Below are positions 1 through 10,635 of a stretch of 64,000 nt of DNA, piece after piece; the first letter of the stretch is position 1; the number at the start of each line of letters is the position of its first letter. The notes beneath the pieces were generated by a model. It did no database searches. It saw only the letters and a list, made by a program, of their open reading frames with translations, and was not told where the DNA came from. The DNA is from Candidatus Methanomethylicia archaeon (GTDB taxonomy: Archaea; Thermoproteota; Methanomethylicia; Culexarchaeales; Culexarchaeaceae): assembly GCA_038727515.1 (NCBI GenBank), contig JAVYVS010000001.1:532297-596296 (forward strand). The letters are read 5' to 3'. The position numbers were made by a program, and so were the translations under genes.

Positions 1-470
1 ATGAAATTTATTAAACCACTTGTTGGATGAAACAACTTCCCTAAGACATAAGCATTAACAAATGGTGTAGCAAGCATAGGAACATACAATAAAATTCTAA
101 AAAGATTTTTACCAGGAAAATCATATCTAGCCAAAATAAATGCTGTAACCAATCCCAAAATCGAAGAAAATAACGTTGTCATTAATGCTACAATAATTGT
201 ATTCAATATTACACCATAATCTAAACCCCAAATATACATGGTATCTCCATAAACATTAAACATATACCCAGTTCTAGGCTGGAAATTAATGAAGAATGTA
301 TCAGTAAAAATCGAAGTAAACCAATACATAGAAATCTTACCACCATAAAAGAATGCTGCTAAAAATAGTGAAGATAAAGGGAGGATAAAGAGAAATGTGA
401 AGAAGACTAATGGTATTAAATATAAGCCTATAATAAATAAATCAATATGCCTACGCCATATCTTCCACAT
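1..470 (-). CDS. ABC transporter permease, Fe3+/thiamine (FbpB-like) family; N-terminal part only, runs off the window
   Basis: Hand translation from ATG at 470: MWKIWRRHIDLFIIGLYLIPLVFFTFLFILPL...ILNTIIVALMTTLFSSILGLVTAFILARYDFPGKNLFRILLYVPMLATPFV. This has the typical 'NT...ARYDFPGK...P..TPFV' permease signature and lies directly downstream of a solute-binding protein gene. Not in the ORF track. Confidence 0.85.
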   Translation of the reverse strand, partial: MWKIWRRHIDLFIIGLYLIPLVFFTFLFILPLSSLFLAAFFYGGKISMYWFTSIFTDTFFINFQPRTGYMFNVYGDTMYIWGLDYGVILNTIIVALMTTLFSSILGLVTAFILARYDFPGKNLFRILLYVPMLATPFVNAYVLGKLFHPTSGLINF

Positions 471-480
471 CCAAATCACA

Positions 481-517
481 CAAAATATTATAAAAAGAGG
501 AAGGATATAAGTTAATT
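481..517 (-). terminator. Possible U-rich archaeal terminator/attenuator between the SBP and permease genes
   Basis: The minus strand after the SBP stop reads ...atatccttcctctttttataatattttg. Pyrimidine/T-tracts are typical archaeal intrinsic terminators. Confidence 0.3.
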
Positions 518-1963
518 TCATCCACCAAGAGCTTTAATTATTTGTTGATATCTAGCTATCGCTGCACTTCTCCATATGCTGCAGATATTAGTTCTAAATT
601 CAAGTTCACTCATACGTGAATTAATCTTTTGAGCATATTCCATTGTAAATGTTGTGGGTTGATTTGTAATTGGATCTATAAATACAAGCTTAGTAGGATT
701 GGTTAGATTATCTAAAAGCTTTATGAATTGTTCTTTAGTTATCTTATTTTCACGTTTTGCTTGAATAAGTTTAATCCAAGCAGATCTCAATTCAGCTTGA
801 GGTTTAACAAGTGTTGAATCAAAGAACCACATTAAAGCTTGCTCATATGATGATGCAAGATCATCACTAAACTCTATTGTTGAAGCTTTTAATGTTAAAT
901 TATATTGTAGGTATAAATCTTGCCTCTGCTTACCTTCAGGGGTCTTGAAAACTTCAGCATTTATTGGCATACGATTAACATTTGGGTCTAACCATATCTT
1001 CTGACCTTCAGGAGATAAAACCCATTCAATAAACTTCTGAGCTGCTTCTACATTTTTACTAGTGTTAAGTAGAGCTATAGGATCAGCATTAACAATAGTA
1101 CCATCCTTTGGAAGAACGTAATATGCAATTCCAGGGGCTTGTATCTGAGCTGTATAACCATAAAAGTCTATGGTTAATCCAACGCCAATACGACCAGCAA
1201 TAACACTTTCTCTAACAGCTTCAGATTGATCATAAATTTCAGAATTAGCTGCAATTAATGTAAGTATCTTCCACCCTTCAATCCAACCATAACGTTGTAG
1301 AATGATTTCAAACATACGCGTATTAGAAGTTGATGTTATTGCATTAGCACATCCAACAGATGTCTTTGGTAGAGTAAAACCATAAGTTTCATTGGCAAGA
1401 TCAATCCATTTTTCAGGTTCTGGAAGATTGTAACTTTGAAGATAATTTCTATTGATGGTGAAACCAAATGAGGAGATGGCGGCACCAACCCAATATATTT
1501 TCCCACTAGAATCAATTCTTTTAACTGGAGATCCACTAATTGTATCTGGAAGTTTAGCTACGACATTCAAGACATCACCACTTAAAGGCTTAAGTAAACC
1601 TGCAGAATACAATGTATCAAATAATACGGGGCCGCCACCCCAAGCAACATCTATATCACCTCTAGCTTTAATAGTGCTAATCCATAAATGTGCTGCAGGA
1701 GTTAACCATTGAATTGCAGTAATATTATACTTTTTAGCTATACTTGAAGAGAGGAAAGCAGTTTCAACTTTACTTAAAATATCAAGACCATGCCTACTAA
1801 TGACCACCAATGTTATCTGTTTAGGTTGACTAGTGGGAGGGGGACTAGTAGGAGGAGTTGTAGGAGGTGTTTGAAGTGATTGCCATCCAAAGTATCCCCC
1901 AATTGCAATAATTATTGCAATTATTATTGGTATAAAATGTTTATATTTAATTGAGCTACTCAA
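518..1963 (-). CDS. ABC transporter solute-binding protein, AfuA/FbpA-like, membrane anchored
   Basis: N-terminal TM helix and Pro/Thr linker (QTPPTTPPTSPPPTSQP). Motifs DVAWGGG, SSFGFTIN, PEKWIDL, TIDFYG, NADPIALL and AQKFIEWVLSPEGQ are typical of this SBP family. Confidence 0.85.
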   Translation of the reverse strand: MSSSIKYKHFIPIIIAIIIAIGGYFGWQSLQTPPTTPPTSPPPTSQPKQITLVVISRHGLDILSKVETAFLSSSIAKKYNITAIQWLTPAAHLWISTIKARGDIDVAWGGGPVLFDTLYSAGLLKPLSGDVLNVVAKLPDTISGSPVKRIDSSGKIYWVGAAISSFGFTINRNYLQSYNLPEPEKWIDLANETYGFTLPKTSVGCANAITSTSNTRMFEIILQRYGWIEGWKILTLIAANSEIYDQSEAVRESVIAGRIGVGLTIDFYGYTAQIQAPGIAYYVLPKDGTIVNADPIALLNTSKNVEAAQKFIEWVLSPEGQKIWLDPNVNRMPINAEVFKTPEGKQRQDLYLQYNLTLKASTIEFSDDLASSYEQALMWFFDSTLVKPQAELRSAWIKLIQAKRENKITKEQFIKLLDNLTNPTKLVFIDPITNQPTTFTMEYAQKINSRMSELEFRTNICSIWRSAAIARYQQIIKALGG

Positions 1964-2044
1964 TTAATTTCACCATTATCATTTAACTCTCAATAAATAA
2001 CAAAATATAAATATTTTTCATAACAAAATTCTAATTGATAATAT

Positions 2045-3136
2045 ATGAATAAGAATATTGGAATTTTTCTATCAATACTACTTCTATCATTGTTCCTTTT
2101 AAGTTTAAGTTCTGTGGAAGCACAGGTGAAAAAGCCGAAGATTGTTGTATGGCTTAAAGGAGCTACTGGAACAGTGAGACAATATGAAGCTGTAAGAAAC
2201 GATTTAACCCAATATGAATGGGTAAATGAAACTGGAACATTAACTGCAAGTAAACTAGAGGAGGCATTTGCATTAATAGTTGTATTGGTAGATTCAATGC
2301 AGCCAATAACCACAGATGAAATCAATGTAATAAAGAATTGGCTTGCTACTGGTAAGAAGCTATTGTGGGTGGCAGGAGATTCAGATTATGGAGATGATAG
2401 GTTTAGGCAGGATACAGTAAATAACTTATTAAAGGGCGTGGGAAGCGTTTTAAGGGTAGATTTAGCTGAATGTATAGATGCAACCATGAATGCAGGAGCA
2501 GATTACAGGGTCCTTGGATTATCGGATAAATGTGATGAAGAAGTTAAATTCCTAGTTGCAGGAGTCACCAGAGCATTATTCCATGGACCAGCAGCAATAG
2601 TTGCTGAAGTTGGTGGTAGATATGTGGCATTAAATAAAGAGAAGGTTACAAATGTCTATAGGATTATGTGGACTTCAGTTAATGGATCAATAGCAGAATT
2701 TAATGAACCACCATCAAAAGTCTATCAACAAGGTGTAAAGGATAGATATGTTTTAATGGCTTTAGAAGTAGATCCAGCAAAGAAGAATGTTATAATATTA
2801 TCAGGAGATGCCCCCTTCGATCACTATGAGGGAATGTATAAACCAGAATTAGGAAATCCAACAAGATATGGAGTACAATATCCACAACAAGGAGCTACAC
2901 TACTGGCAAATATATTAAGTTGGACATGTGATATGGATAGATTCTTTGCATATCTAGCAATGCCAGGGCAGATAGCCAGTTTGAATCAACAAATATCTAA
3001 TTTAAATAAACAAATATCAGATTTACAAGGGCAAATAGCATATTTGAATTCAATGATGCCAATATATGCCATAGTGAGTTTAATAGTTGGATTAGCCATA
3101 GGATTTGCAATACCAAAATACATCCTTAAAAAGTAA
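2045..3136 (+). CDS. Secreted/surface protein: signal peptide, probable class I GATase-like (DUF4350-like) domain, heptad stalk and C-terminal membrane anchor
   Basis: Hydrophobic N-terminus ending SVEA-Q; ITTDEINVIKNWLATGKKLLWVAGDSD segment; QIxxLNx heptads; C-terminal TM followed by KK. Confidence 0.6.
   Translation: MNKNIGIFLSILLLSLFLLSLSSVEAQVKKPKIVVWLKGATGTVRQYEAVRNDLTQYEWVNETGTLTASKLEEAFALIVVLVDSMQPITTDEINVIKNWLATGKKLLWVAGDSDYGDDRFRQDTVNNLLKGVGSVLRVDLAECIDATMNAGADYRVLGLSDKCDEEVKFLVAGVTRALFHGPAAIVAEVGGRYVALNKEKVTNVYRIMWTSVNGSIAEFNEPPSKVYQQGVKDRYVLMALEVDPAKKNVIILSGDAPFDHYEGMYKPELGNPTRYGVQYPQQGATLLANILSWTCDMDRFFAYLAMPGQIASLNQQISNLNKQISDLQGQIAYLNSMMPIYAIVSLIVGLAIGFAIPKYILKK
2969..3052 (+). 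repeat. Four degenerate 21-bp tandem repeats encoding heptads QIASLNQ/QISNLNK/QISDLQG/QIAYLNS
   Basis: cagatagccagtttgaatcaa caaatatctaatttaaataaa caaatatcagatttacaaggg caaatagcatatttgaattca. Confidence 0.65.
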
Positions 3137-3174
3137 ATTAAAATTAAAATATCCTTTTTTCCATTATTTTTGTT

Positions 3175-4551
3175 ATGATGATAATTAATAGAGAAGAACT
3201 TGTTTCTGGAAATAGAAGTTATGAAAGGAATATAGTGTTGGATTTATTGGAAGAGGGGGTTAGAGCTTCAGACTCTTATAAAAATGTTAAGAGGATTTTA
3301 AAGATTGAGGAGGGGAATATAGTTGTAAATGGAGATTTTAAAGTGCCCCTTGGAGATATTGAAAGGATTATTGTTGTTGGAGCTGGTAAAGCATCTGCAA
3401 GAATGGCTTTGGGGATTGAAGAAATCTTAGAAGACAAAATTGAATATGATGGTATTATAATTGCTCCAAAGAATATAAAAACTAAATTGAAAAGGATAAA
3501 AATCCTTGAAGGGGATCATCCAACACCAAGTTTGAGAAATGTTGAGAATACTATGGAGATAATAAAACTACTTAAAAGTAGGGGTGACAAAGATCTAGTT
3601 ATAGTTTTAATTTCCGGTGGAGGATCATCACTATTAACAATACCAGAGGAAGGATTAAAAATAGAGGATATTATTGAAATAACGAATTTACTTTTGAAAT
3701 GTGGAGCAAATATATATGAAATAAACGCCGTAAGAAAGCATATTTGTGGCGTTAAAGGTGGAAAATTATTTGCCAGATACATATATCCATCAAAAGCAAT
3801 AACATTGATAATTTCCGATGTTATTGGAGATAATATTGAAGTAATAGCTTCAGGGCCAACAGCACTAAATACAACTACACCAAAACAAGCAAAAGAAGTT
3901 TTAAAGAAATATGGATTATGGGATACTGCACCAAATAGGATTAAGAAGTATTTAGATGATTTAATTGTTAAGGGTGGATGGAGGTTTAATGAAGAAATAT
4001 TCAATAAAGTGAAGAATATAGTAATAGCAAATAATTTACAATCACTAATTGCAATGAAGGAAATAGCGTTAAAAATTGGTTATAATACTATAATAATCTC
4101 ATCAAAAATACAGGGTGAAGCTAGAGAAGCAGGGAAAATTATTGGTGGAATATTACTTGAAGCTTTAACTTCAGGTCATCCAGTAAAGAGTCCAGCAGTA
4201 ATAATTGCAGGTGGAGAAACAACAGTTACTGTTAAAGGTAGTGGTAAAGGTGGTCGAAATCAAGAGTTAGCTTTGAGTACCGCTAAGATTATTGATGGTA
4301 ATAGTAGAATAGTTTTTGCATCTATGGGAAGTGATGGAATAGATGGTAATACTGATGTTGCTGGAGCAATAGTTGATGATGAAACAATGAGTGTAGCTAG
4401 AGGAATGGGATTAAATGAAGATGAATATTTAAACAATAATGATACATACAACTTTTTCCGTAAAATTGGAAATAGCCTTATAATAACTGGAGTAACTGAA
4501 ACAAATGTAAATGATTTTATGATTGGAGTTATTAGGGAAAGAAATCATTGA
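3175..4551 (+). CDS. Glycerate 2-kinase (MOFRL family)
   Basis: VGAGKAS, DHPTP, LISGGGSSL, NAVRKH, ISDVIG, ASGPT, GGETTV, GGRNQE, DGIDG, TNVND motifs. Confidence 0.92.
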   Translation: MMIINREELVSGNRSYERNIVLDLLEEGVRASDSYKNVKRILKIEEGNIVVNGDFKVPLGDIERIIVVGAGKASARMALGIEEILEDKIEYDGIIIAPKNIKTKLKRIKILEGDHPTPSLRNVENTMEIIKLLKSRGDKDLVIVLISGGGSSLLTIPEEGLKIEDIIEITNLLLKCGANIYEINAVRKHICGVKGGKLFARYIYPSKAITLIISDVIGDNIEVIASGPTALNTTTPKQAKEVLKKYGLWDTAPNRIKKYLDDLIVKGGWRFNEEIFNKVKNIVIANNLQSLIAMKEIALKIGYNTIIISSKIQGEAREAGKIIGGILLEALTSGHPVKSPAVIIAGGETTVTVKGSGKGGRNQELALSTAKIIDGNSRIVFASMGSDGIDGNTDVAGAIVDDETMSVARGMGLNEDEYLNNNDTYNFFRKIGNSLIITGVTETNVNDFMIGVIRERNH

Positions 4552-4553
4552 AT

Positions 4554-5774
4554 TTAATGTTGAGCTTTACCCTTTCTCTCTAAAAGTTCTTTTTTCGCTT
4601 CTTCAATCAATTGCTTATTTAAGATTAAATCTAAACCTGTTAAAGCAAGTAGTTTAATCCCTGTTATTAATCCCATATGTCCACTTTCAGATCCAGCTGC
4701 TTTAGCAAATTCTATTGAATGACCTGGAGTACCGCGGGGGACAATGGCAACATTAATTTCTAAGGATGGGACTACATGGCTTACATTACCAAAATCTGTT
4801 GAACCAACATCTTCAACACTCATAATCTCTTCAAGAGAGGGAGGTTTAATATTGATAAAATTGAAGTTTTCACATGCAACTTTAATTAAAGTTAGGTTTG
4901 GTATAAAATTGGCGTATGTATTAGCAGTTTTTGTAAATTTATATTTAGCTCCAGTTTGTAGTGCTGCTCCTTCAGCGCATTTCTTAATTTTCTCAACAAC
5001 CTCCATTAAGTAATTCATATCTTCAGCTCTAGCATAAAATCTACCACAACTATATTCTGGAATTATATTTGGAGATACACCTCCATGCTCAATTATACCA
5101 TGAATTAAAGTACCCTTCAATAAATGTTGCCTTAAAGAATTTATTGAAACAAAAGTTAATATTAAAGCTTCAAGAGCATTTATACCTTTATGTGGAGAAG
5201 AAGCTGCATGTGCAGCTTTACCATAGAATTCAATTTTAAAAGCTTCTCTTGCAAGTGATTTGTATCTAAGAGAATATCTATCAGAGGGATGTATCATTAA
5301 TGCTACATCAGATTTAGAAATTTCATTTAACATCAAAACTTTCCCACCAGCATTATCTACAGCACCTTCTTCAGCAGGTGTACCAAAAACAATTATTTCA
5401 CAATTCAAATTCTCTTCACAAGCAATTTTACTTAATGCTAAACCAGCGCCTAAAGCTGCAGTCCCAATAATATTATGCCCACATGCATGACCAAGACCGG
5501 GAAGTGCATCATATTCTGCTAGAAATGCAATTCTTGGACCATCAACACCACAAATACGCCTCGCTTTAAATGAAGTTTCCAGATTAGAAATACCACGTTC
5601 AACTTCAAATCCATACTCCTCCAATTTATCTGACAAAAGTTTTGATGCAAAAAATTCTTTATATCCAAGTTCTGGATTCCTATGAATTGCATCACTAATC
5701 TTAATCATCTCATCAGATATTTCATCAACAAAATTTACTAAACGTTTTTTAAGTGTATACATTTTAAACACCAT
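4554..5774 (-). CDS. M20 family amidohydrolase/dipeptidase (ACY1L2/PM20D2-like)
   Basis: HRNPELG, EYDALPGLGHACGHN, TPAEEG, GKAAHA, GSTDFGNVS. Confidence 0.9.
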   Translation of the reverse strand: MVFKMYTLKKRLVNFVDEISDEMIKISDAIHRNPELGYKEFFASKLLSDKLEEYGFEVERGISNLETSFKARRICGVDGPRIAFLAEYDALPGLGHACGHNIIGTAALGAGLALSKIACEENLNCEIIVFGTPAEEGAVDNAGGKVLMLNEISKSDVALMIHPSDRYSLRYKSLAREAFKIEFYGKAAHAASSPHKGINALEALILTFVSINSLRQHLLKGTLIHGIIEHGGVSPNIIPEYSCGRFYARAEDMNYLMEVVEKIKKCAEGAALQTGAKYKFTKTANTYANFIPNLTLIKVACENFNFINIKPPSLEEIMSVEDVGSTDFGNVSHVVPSLEINVAIVPRGTPGHSIEFAKAAGSESGHMGLITGIKLLALTGLDLILNKQLIEEAKKELLERKGKAQH

Positions 5775-5820
5775 TAAATGGGATTAAAAATATGATTTAA
5801 ACTATTTATAAAGTTTACAT

Positions 5821-6501
5821 TCATGATCTAATAAAGTTCATAAACCATTTTGGGAAATCCGCTACACTATTCAATATGACTTTTGCACCAGCAGATTTCA
5901 ATTCACTTTCCCCTCTAACACCGGTTTTAACAGCCACTGGAAAAGCATTTAAAGCCACTGCTGGAATTATATCTATAATACTATCTCCAATAACAATTAC
6001 TTCTTCAGGTTTTAAACCCATTAAGTTAATAGCTTTAGCTAAATGTTCTACATGTGGTTTAAAATTCTTAACTTCATCACGTGTAACAATAACATCAAAA
6101 AAGATCCTTAAATTAAATTTATCGAGGATAATTTCAGTAGATCTACGACTATTCAAAGTTATTAAACCACATTTCAAACCCATCTCTTTAACAAAATTTA
6201 AAGATTCATAAGCGCCATCAATGACACTTGTCTTTTCAGAAGCTTTAACTTCATAGAATTCTACAATCTTAAATAATGATGATGAAACTTCATTTATAAA
6301 CGATTTAGGGAGTTTCATACCTTCAAGTAATCTAATTGTTTTACGAACCATAGATATTGGGTAATCAGCCTCTGAATAAACATTAAATGTTATATTATAT
6401 TCTCTAAGATGCTTCAGAATATCTAAGGTAAGTCTAGCTCTATCTACGGAATACTTTATTAATGTACCATCAAGATCAAAGAGTACCCCACTAAACTTCA
6501 A
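5821..6501 (-). CDS. HAD-superfamily hydrolase (phosphoglycolate phosphatase-like)
   Basis: FDLDGTL, KPH, IGDSIID motifs. Confidence 0.88.
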   Translation of the reverse strand: MKFSGVLFDLDGTLIKYSVDRARLTLDILKHLREYNITFNVYSEADYPISMVRKTIRLLEGMKLPKSFINEVSSSLFKIVEFYEVKASEKTSVIDGAYESLNFVKEMGLKCGLITLNSRRSTEIILDKFNLRIFFDVIVTRDEVKNFKPHVEHLAKAINLMGLKPEEVIVIGDSIIDIIPAVALNAFPVAVKTGVRGESELKSAGAKVILNSVADFPKWFMNFIRS

Positions 6502-6572
6502 AACAACACCGTAATCAAATTAAAAATGGAAAAGATAAACTTTAATTCTAAATATAAGTTAACAATTTAATT

Positions 6573-7733
6573 ATGAGGTATGGAACTAAAGCAGTATATA
6601 ATGAACCTGATCAATTTGGTGCTGTAGTACCACCAATATACATGGTTTCAACATATAGACAAACAGATCCAGAGATAAAGGATAAATATGTATACACTAG
6701 ACTTGGAAATCCAACAATAGAGAGACTTGAAAAGAAGCTTGCAATATTAGAAGAGGGGAAATATGCAATAGCAACATCTTCAGGAATGGCTGCAATAGAT
6801 ACAGTATTCAAATTACTAAAACCTGGAGATGAAATTATAACCATAGAAACATTATATGCAACAACAATAAACCTATTAAAAACAGTTTACAATCAATATG
6901 GAGTAAAAGTAAAATTTGTAGATCTAACAAAAATTGAAGAATTAAAAAGAGAGGTAAATAGAAGTACTAAGATGATATACTTTGAAACTCCAACAAATCC
7001 ATTATTAAAAATAGTGGATATAAAGGAGGTATGTGATGTAAGTAAAGAAATAAATGAAAATGTAATAGTAGTTGTAGATAATACCTTTGCATCACCGTAT
7101 AATCAAAGACCATTAACACTTGGAGCGGATATAGTAGTCCATAGCACAACCAAATATATAGGTGGACATAGTGATTTAATAGGTGGAGCAATTATAACAA
7201 GCAATGAAGAAACCTACCAGAAGCTTCGTTCAAATATTATAAATAGTGGTGGAATACCAAGCCCCTTTGATGCATGGCTAATACTTAGAAGTTTAAGAAC
7301 ATTCCACATAAGAATGGAGAGACACAATTACAATGCTATGAAAATAGCAGAATACCTATCTAAAAATGAAAAGGTGGAAAGAGTATATTATCCAGGGTTA
7401 AAAGAACATGAAGGACATGAAATAGCAAAAAAACAAATGAGAACACCATATGGAAATGAAGGTTATGGTGGAATGATATCATTCCAATTAAAGATGGATA
7501 TGAATTCAATAAAGAAATTCCTAAAAAATCTAAAGATAATAAATTTAGCGGTAAGCCTTGGAGGAGTTGAATCATTAATAGTACATCCAGCAAGTATGCC
7601 ACCATACAAACCATTAACAAGAGAAGAAAGAGAGAGAATGGGAGTTTGGGATAATTTAATAAGATTTTCAGTGGGAATAGAAGATGTAGAAGATTTAATA
7701 GAGGATTTAGAAGAATCATTGAAAAACACATAA
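6573..7733 (+). CDS. PLP-dependent transsulfuration enzyme (cystathionine gamma-lyase/synthase or methionine gamma-lyase)
   Basis: YTRLGNPT, SSGMAAI, ETPTNP, DNTFASP, HSTTKYIGGHSD, VSLGGVESL, RFSVGIED. Confidence 0.92.
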   Translation: MRYGTKAVYNEPDQFGAVVPPIYMVSTYRQTDPEIKDKYVYTRLGNPTIERLEKKLAILEEGKYAIATSSGMAAIDTVFKLLKPGDEIITIETLYATTINLLKTVYNQYGVKVKFVDLTKIEELKREVNRSTKMIYFETPTNPLLKIVDIKEVCDVSKEINENVIVVVDNTFASPYNQRPLTLGADIVVHSTTKYIGGHSDLIGGAIITSNEETYQKLRSNIINSGGIPSPFDAWLILRSLRTFHIRMERHNYNAMKIAEYLSKNEKVERVYYPGLKEHEGHEIAKKQMRTPYGNEGYGGMISFQLKMDMNSIKKFLKNLKIINLAVSLGGVESLIVHPASMPPYKPLTREERERMGVWDNLIRFSVGIEDVEDLIEDLEESLKNT

Positions 7734-7795
7734 ACTCCTTAATAATAAATAATTTTTAATGAACCTTTTTATTTGAAAATATGTGATTTAAAATT

Positions 7796-9091
7796 TCATC
7801 GTTTAAATCTTCTAATAGATATTTTTGCAGTTAAAACTTTCTCACTTCTAAAGAATTTAGATGCTACATATAGTATGATTATTGAAAATACGGTCATGTA
7901 AATTATCCCTATAACTAGAAAGCCATAGTTTTCAAGCATTGCAGCTTTGGGAGAAGCTAATGTATAGGTATACGGAATGATATATAGGACTATCTGAAGA
8001 GGTAGAGGAAGCATACTTAAATCTGTGTATATAGAGACAAACATTGGAATGATCATAACAAAATATAGGTATCCAACGAGAGTTTGTGCACTTCTAACAT
8101 CTTCAGCGAATGTTGCTACGAGTAAGGCTAATACTAGAGATGAAACCATACTTAGAAATAGAGTTAAGACTATAAGTGCAAGTCCCAATGGAGTTATACT
8201 CAATCCAATATCGCTAAGAGATAAATTAATTGTAGGAATACTAAAGGAAGTAGTAATTGAATGGAAGTAATAGGTATATGCAATCATAAATGATGCTGAA
8301 CCCAAAATTGCAAGTATAACTGAGCATATAAGTTTAGCGAGCAATATAGTGAATCTACTAACGGGTAATGTAAGTAAAGTTTCAAGAGTCTTATATTCCT
8401 TTTCTAAAGCTATAGATGTAGATGCAAATTGCATGGCACTAATGAAAATTACCATTATAATTATGGGGATGAATATAGATTGAGACATAACAATGCTGGA
8501 TATTATTTGAGGTGGAACTTTAACAATATCACCTTTAACTATTGAATAATCAACCTTCTCAATAGGGTTTAAGAGTACATTTGGATCAACATTTGGGATT
8601 AAAGTCTTTATACGGTTATAGACTATTTCACTCTTCAAAAATTCAATTATACTTGAAGGTATACTAGAAGCACTACTTTCAGCTAAACTTAGAGTAGACA
8701 TTATAGTGTAGATTTCTATGGTTCCACGTATACCCATAGAAACATTATATCCAAACCCCTTTGGAATAACCATTATAATGGGGAAACCAAGCTCTAATGC
8801 TTTTTGAATAGCATTTTCAATACTTACATCATGTAAAAGCGTAATTCTACTACCAGGTTGAGAATTTAAGGAATCTATTATGACCTTAGACAATAGACTA
8901 TCATCATAATCTAAAATCAAAACTTTAGGATTCAAAGCATACTCTTTAACTGAAGACATTACAAAATTCATAATTCCACTCATTAAAACCATTACTAAGA
9001 ATGGAACGATAATCATCCCAATTAATATCTTTGGATCTCTAAGCATCTCTTTAACTTCCTTCTTCAATATATTAATCAAAACGTTATGCAT
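7796..9091 (-). CDS. ABC-2 type exporter permease (NatB-like)
   Basis: KEVKEMLRDPK, SIALEKEYKTLETLLTLPVSR and multiple TMs. Start moved to the ATG at 9091, which overlaps the end of the ATPase gene. Confidence 0.85.
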   Translation of the reverse strand: MHNVLINILKKEVKEMLRDPKILIGMIIVPFLVMVLMSGIMNFVMSSVKEYALNPKVLILDYDDSLLSKVIIDSLNSQPGSRITLLHDVSIENAIQKALELGFPIIMVIPKGFGYNVSMGIRGTIEIYTIMSTLSLAESSASSIPSSIIEFLKSEIVYNRIKTLIPNVDPNVLLNPIEKVDYSIVKGDIVKVPPQIISSIVMSQSIFIPIIIMVIFISAMQFASTSIALEKEYKTLETLLTLPVSRFTILLAKLICSVILAILGSASFMIAYTYYFHSITTSFSIPTINLSLSDIGLSITPLGLALIVLTLFLSMVSSLVLALLVATFAEDVRSAQTLVGYLYFVMIIPMFVSIYTDLSMLPLPLQIVLYIIPYTYTLASPKAAMLENYGFLVIGIIYMTVFSIIILYVASKFFRSEKVLTAKISIRRFKR

Positions 9092-9815
9092 ATTTAACCA
9101 CCCTAGAGAAAACTTCTTCAAGGTTATCTGCAGAAAACTTATTTTTTAAATCTATTGGAGAACCTTCTAATACAATTCTACCTTCATGAATTAGAGAAAC
9201 TCTATCACATAAATATTCAACTTCAAGCATATTATGACTAGACATGATTACAGTTATATTATGTTTCTTAACGTAATCCCTAATTATATTACGTATATAA
9301 TGTGAGTGAATAACATCTAATCCAGCTGTAGGTTCATCTAAGATAGCAAGTTTTGGATGAATCATAAGACTCCTAGCAACTAAAAGCCTTCTAAGCATAC
9401 CCTTACTATAAGTACCAATCCTATCCTTTAACCTTTCACCCAAACCACAAATAACTTCAGCTTCTTCAATCATTTCTTTAATCCTAGTTTTATCATTAGT
9501 ATATAATGAAGCCATAAAATGTAGATACTCATATCCAGTTAAATACTTGTATGCACCAGCTTCTTCAGGTAAATAACTTATAATACCCTTAATCTTCTCA
9601 GCATCATTAACAACATCCATACCAAAAACTTTTATGATACCAGAACTTGGAAGTAGAAGTGTAGATATTATTCGAAGAGTTGTAGTTTTACCAGCACCAT
9701 TAGGACCTATTAAACCATAAATTTCACCAACATAAACTTTAAAACTAACATCTTTCAATGCATGAAATTTACCATAAAACTTATTTAAACGATCCACTTC
9801 TACAGCAAAAATCAT
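9084..9815 (-). CDS. ABC transporter ATP-binding protein (NatA-like)
   Basis: GPNGAGKTT, YSKGM signature, ILDEPTAGLD, SSHNM. Confidence 0.93.
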   Translation of the reverse strand: MIFAVEVDRLNKFYGKFHALKDVSFKVYVGEIYGLIGPNGAGKTTTLRIISTLLLPSSGIIKVFGMDVVNDAEKIKGIISYLPEEAGAYKYLTGYEYLHFMASLYTNDKTRIKEMIEEAEVICGLGERLKDRIGTYSKGMLRRLLVARSLMIHPKLAILDEPTAGLDVIHSHYIRNIIRDYVKKHNITVIMSSHNMLEVEYLCDRVSLIHEGRIVLEGSPIDLKNKFSADNLEEVFSRVVKYA

Positions 9816-9899
9816 GAATTCACCAAAAGACTATCAAAATAATTAAATAAAAAAATTGTGTGTAAAATAATATATTCATCTGAAAATTAAATATGATAA

Positions 9900-10544
9900 A
9901 TGATGGAAGAAGAACTAATTGAAGAAGTTAAGAAAATTTTAATGGATGATTACGTCAATAGATTAGTTAATGAAAAAGTAGCAGAATTCATCAATAATAG
10001 GTTTAGTGATGAAAAGAAATGGTTTATTGAATTATCATATTGCATATTAACAGCCAATACTAGTGCAAAATCAAGTTTAAAATGTATTGAAGCTCTCACT
10101 AAAAGAGATATAATATTCTATGGATCTTTAAATGAAATTGAGAAGATATTACGTGATGTTGGATATAGATATCCTAGGAAGAGAGCAGAATACATAGTTA
10201 AAGCTAGAGAAAGAATGAAAGAAGTAAAGAAAGTTGTGGAAAGATATGATGATGACTTGAAAAGGAGAGATTGGCTTAGAAGGAATATAATTGGATTGGG
10301 AATGAAAGAATCAAGTCATTTCCTAAGGAATATAGGATTCTTTAATTATGCAATAATAGATAGACATATACTAAATATACTATTAAAGTATAGGATTACA
10401 AGCATTGATCAAAGGAAGATTAACGTAAGGAAATACCTAGAGTTGGAAGATATAATTAAAAGATTATCAATGAAGATAGGTTTAAAACCTGGAATATTAG
10501 ATTTATACATTTGGTATATGGATACTGGAGAAGTGTTGAAGTAA
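9900..10544 (+). CDS. ogg: 8-oxoguanine DNA glycosylase/AP lyase (Ogg2 type)
   Basis: ELSYCILTAN, GLGMKESSHFLRNIG, AIIDRHI and C-terminal DLYIWYMDTGEVLK. Confidence 0.9.
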   Translation: MMEEELIEEVKKILMDDYVNRLVNEKVAEFINNRFSDEKKWFIELSYCILTANTSAKSSLKCIEALTKRDIIFYGSLNEIEKILRDVGYRYPRKRAEYIVKARERMKEVKKVVERYDDDLKRRDWLRRNIIGLGMKESSHFLRNIGFFNYAIIDRHILNILLKYRITSIDQRKINVRKYLELEDIIKRLSMKIGLKPGILDLYIWYMDTGEVLK

Positions 10545-10635
10545 AATAAAAGATAAATTTTACGTAAACATTTTAAGTTAATACATTCGATATGTTTAGG
10601 TGAAGTGTTCTTCTGATATAGTTAAATAAGTTTTC

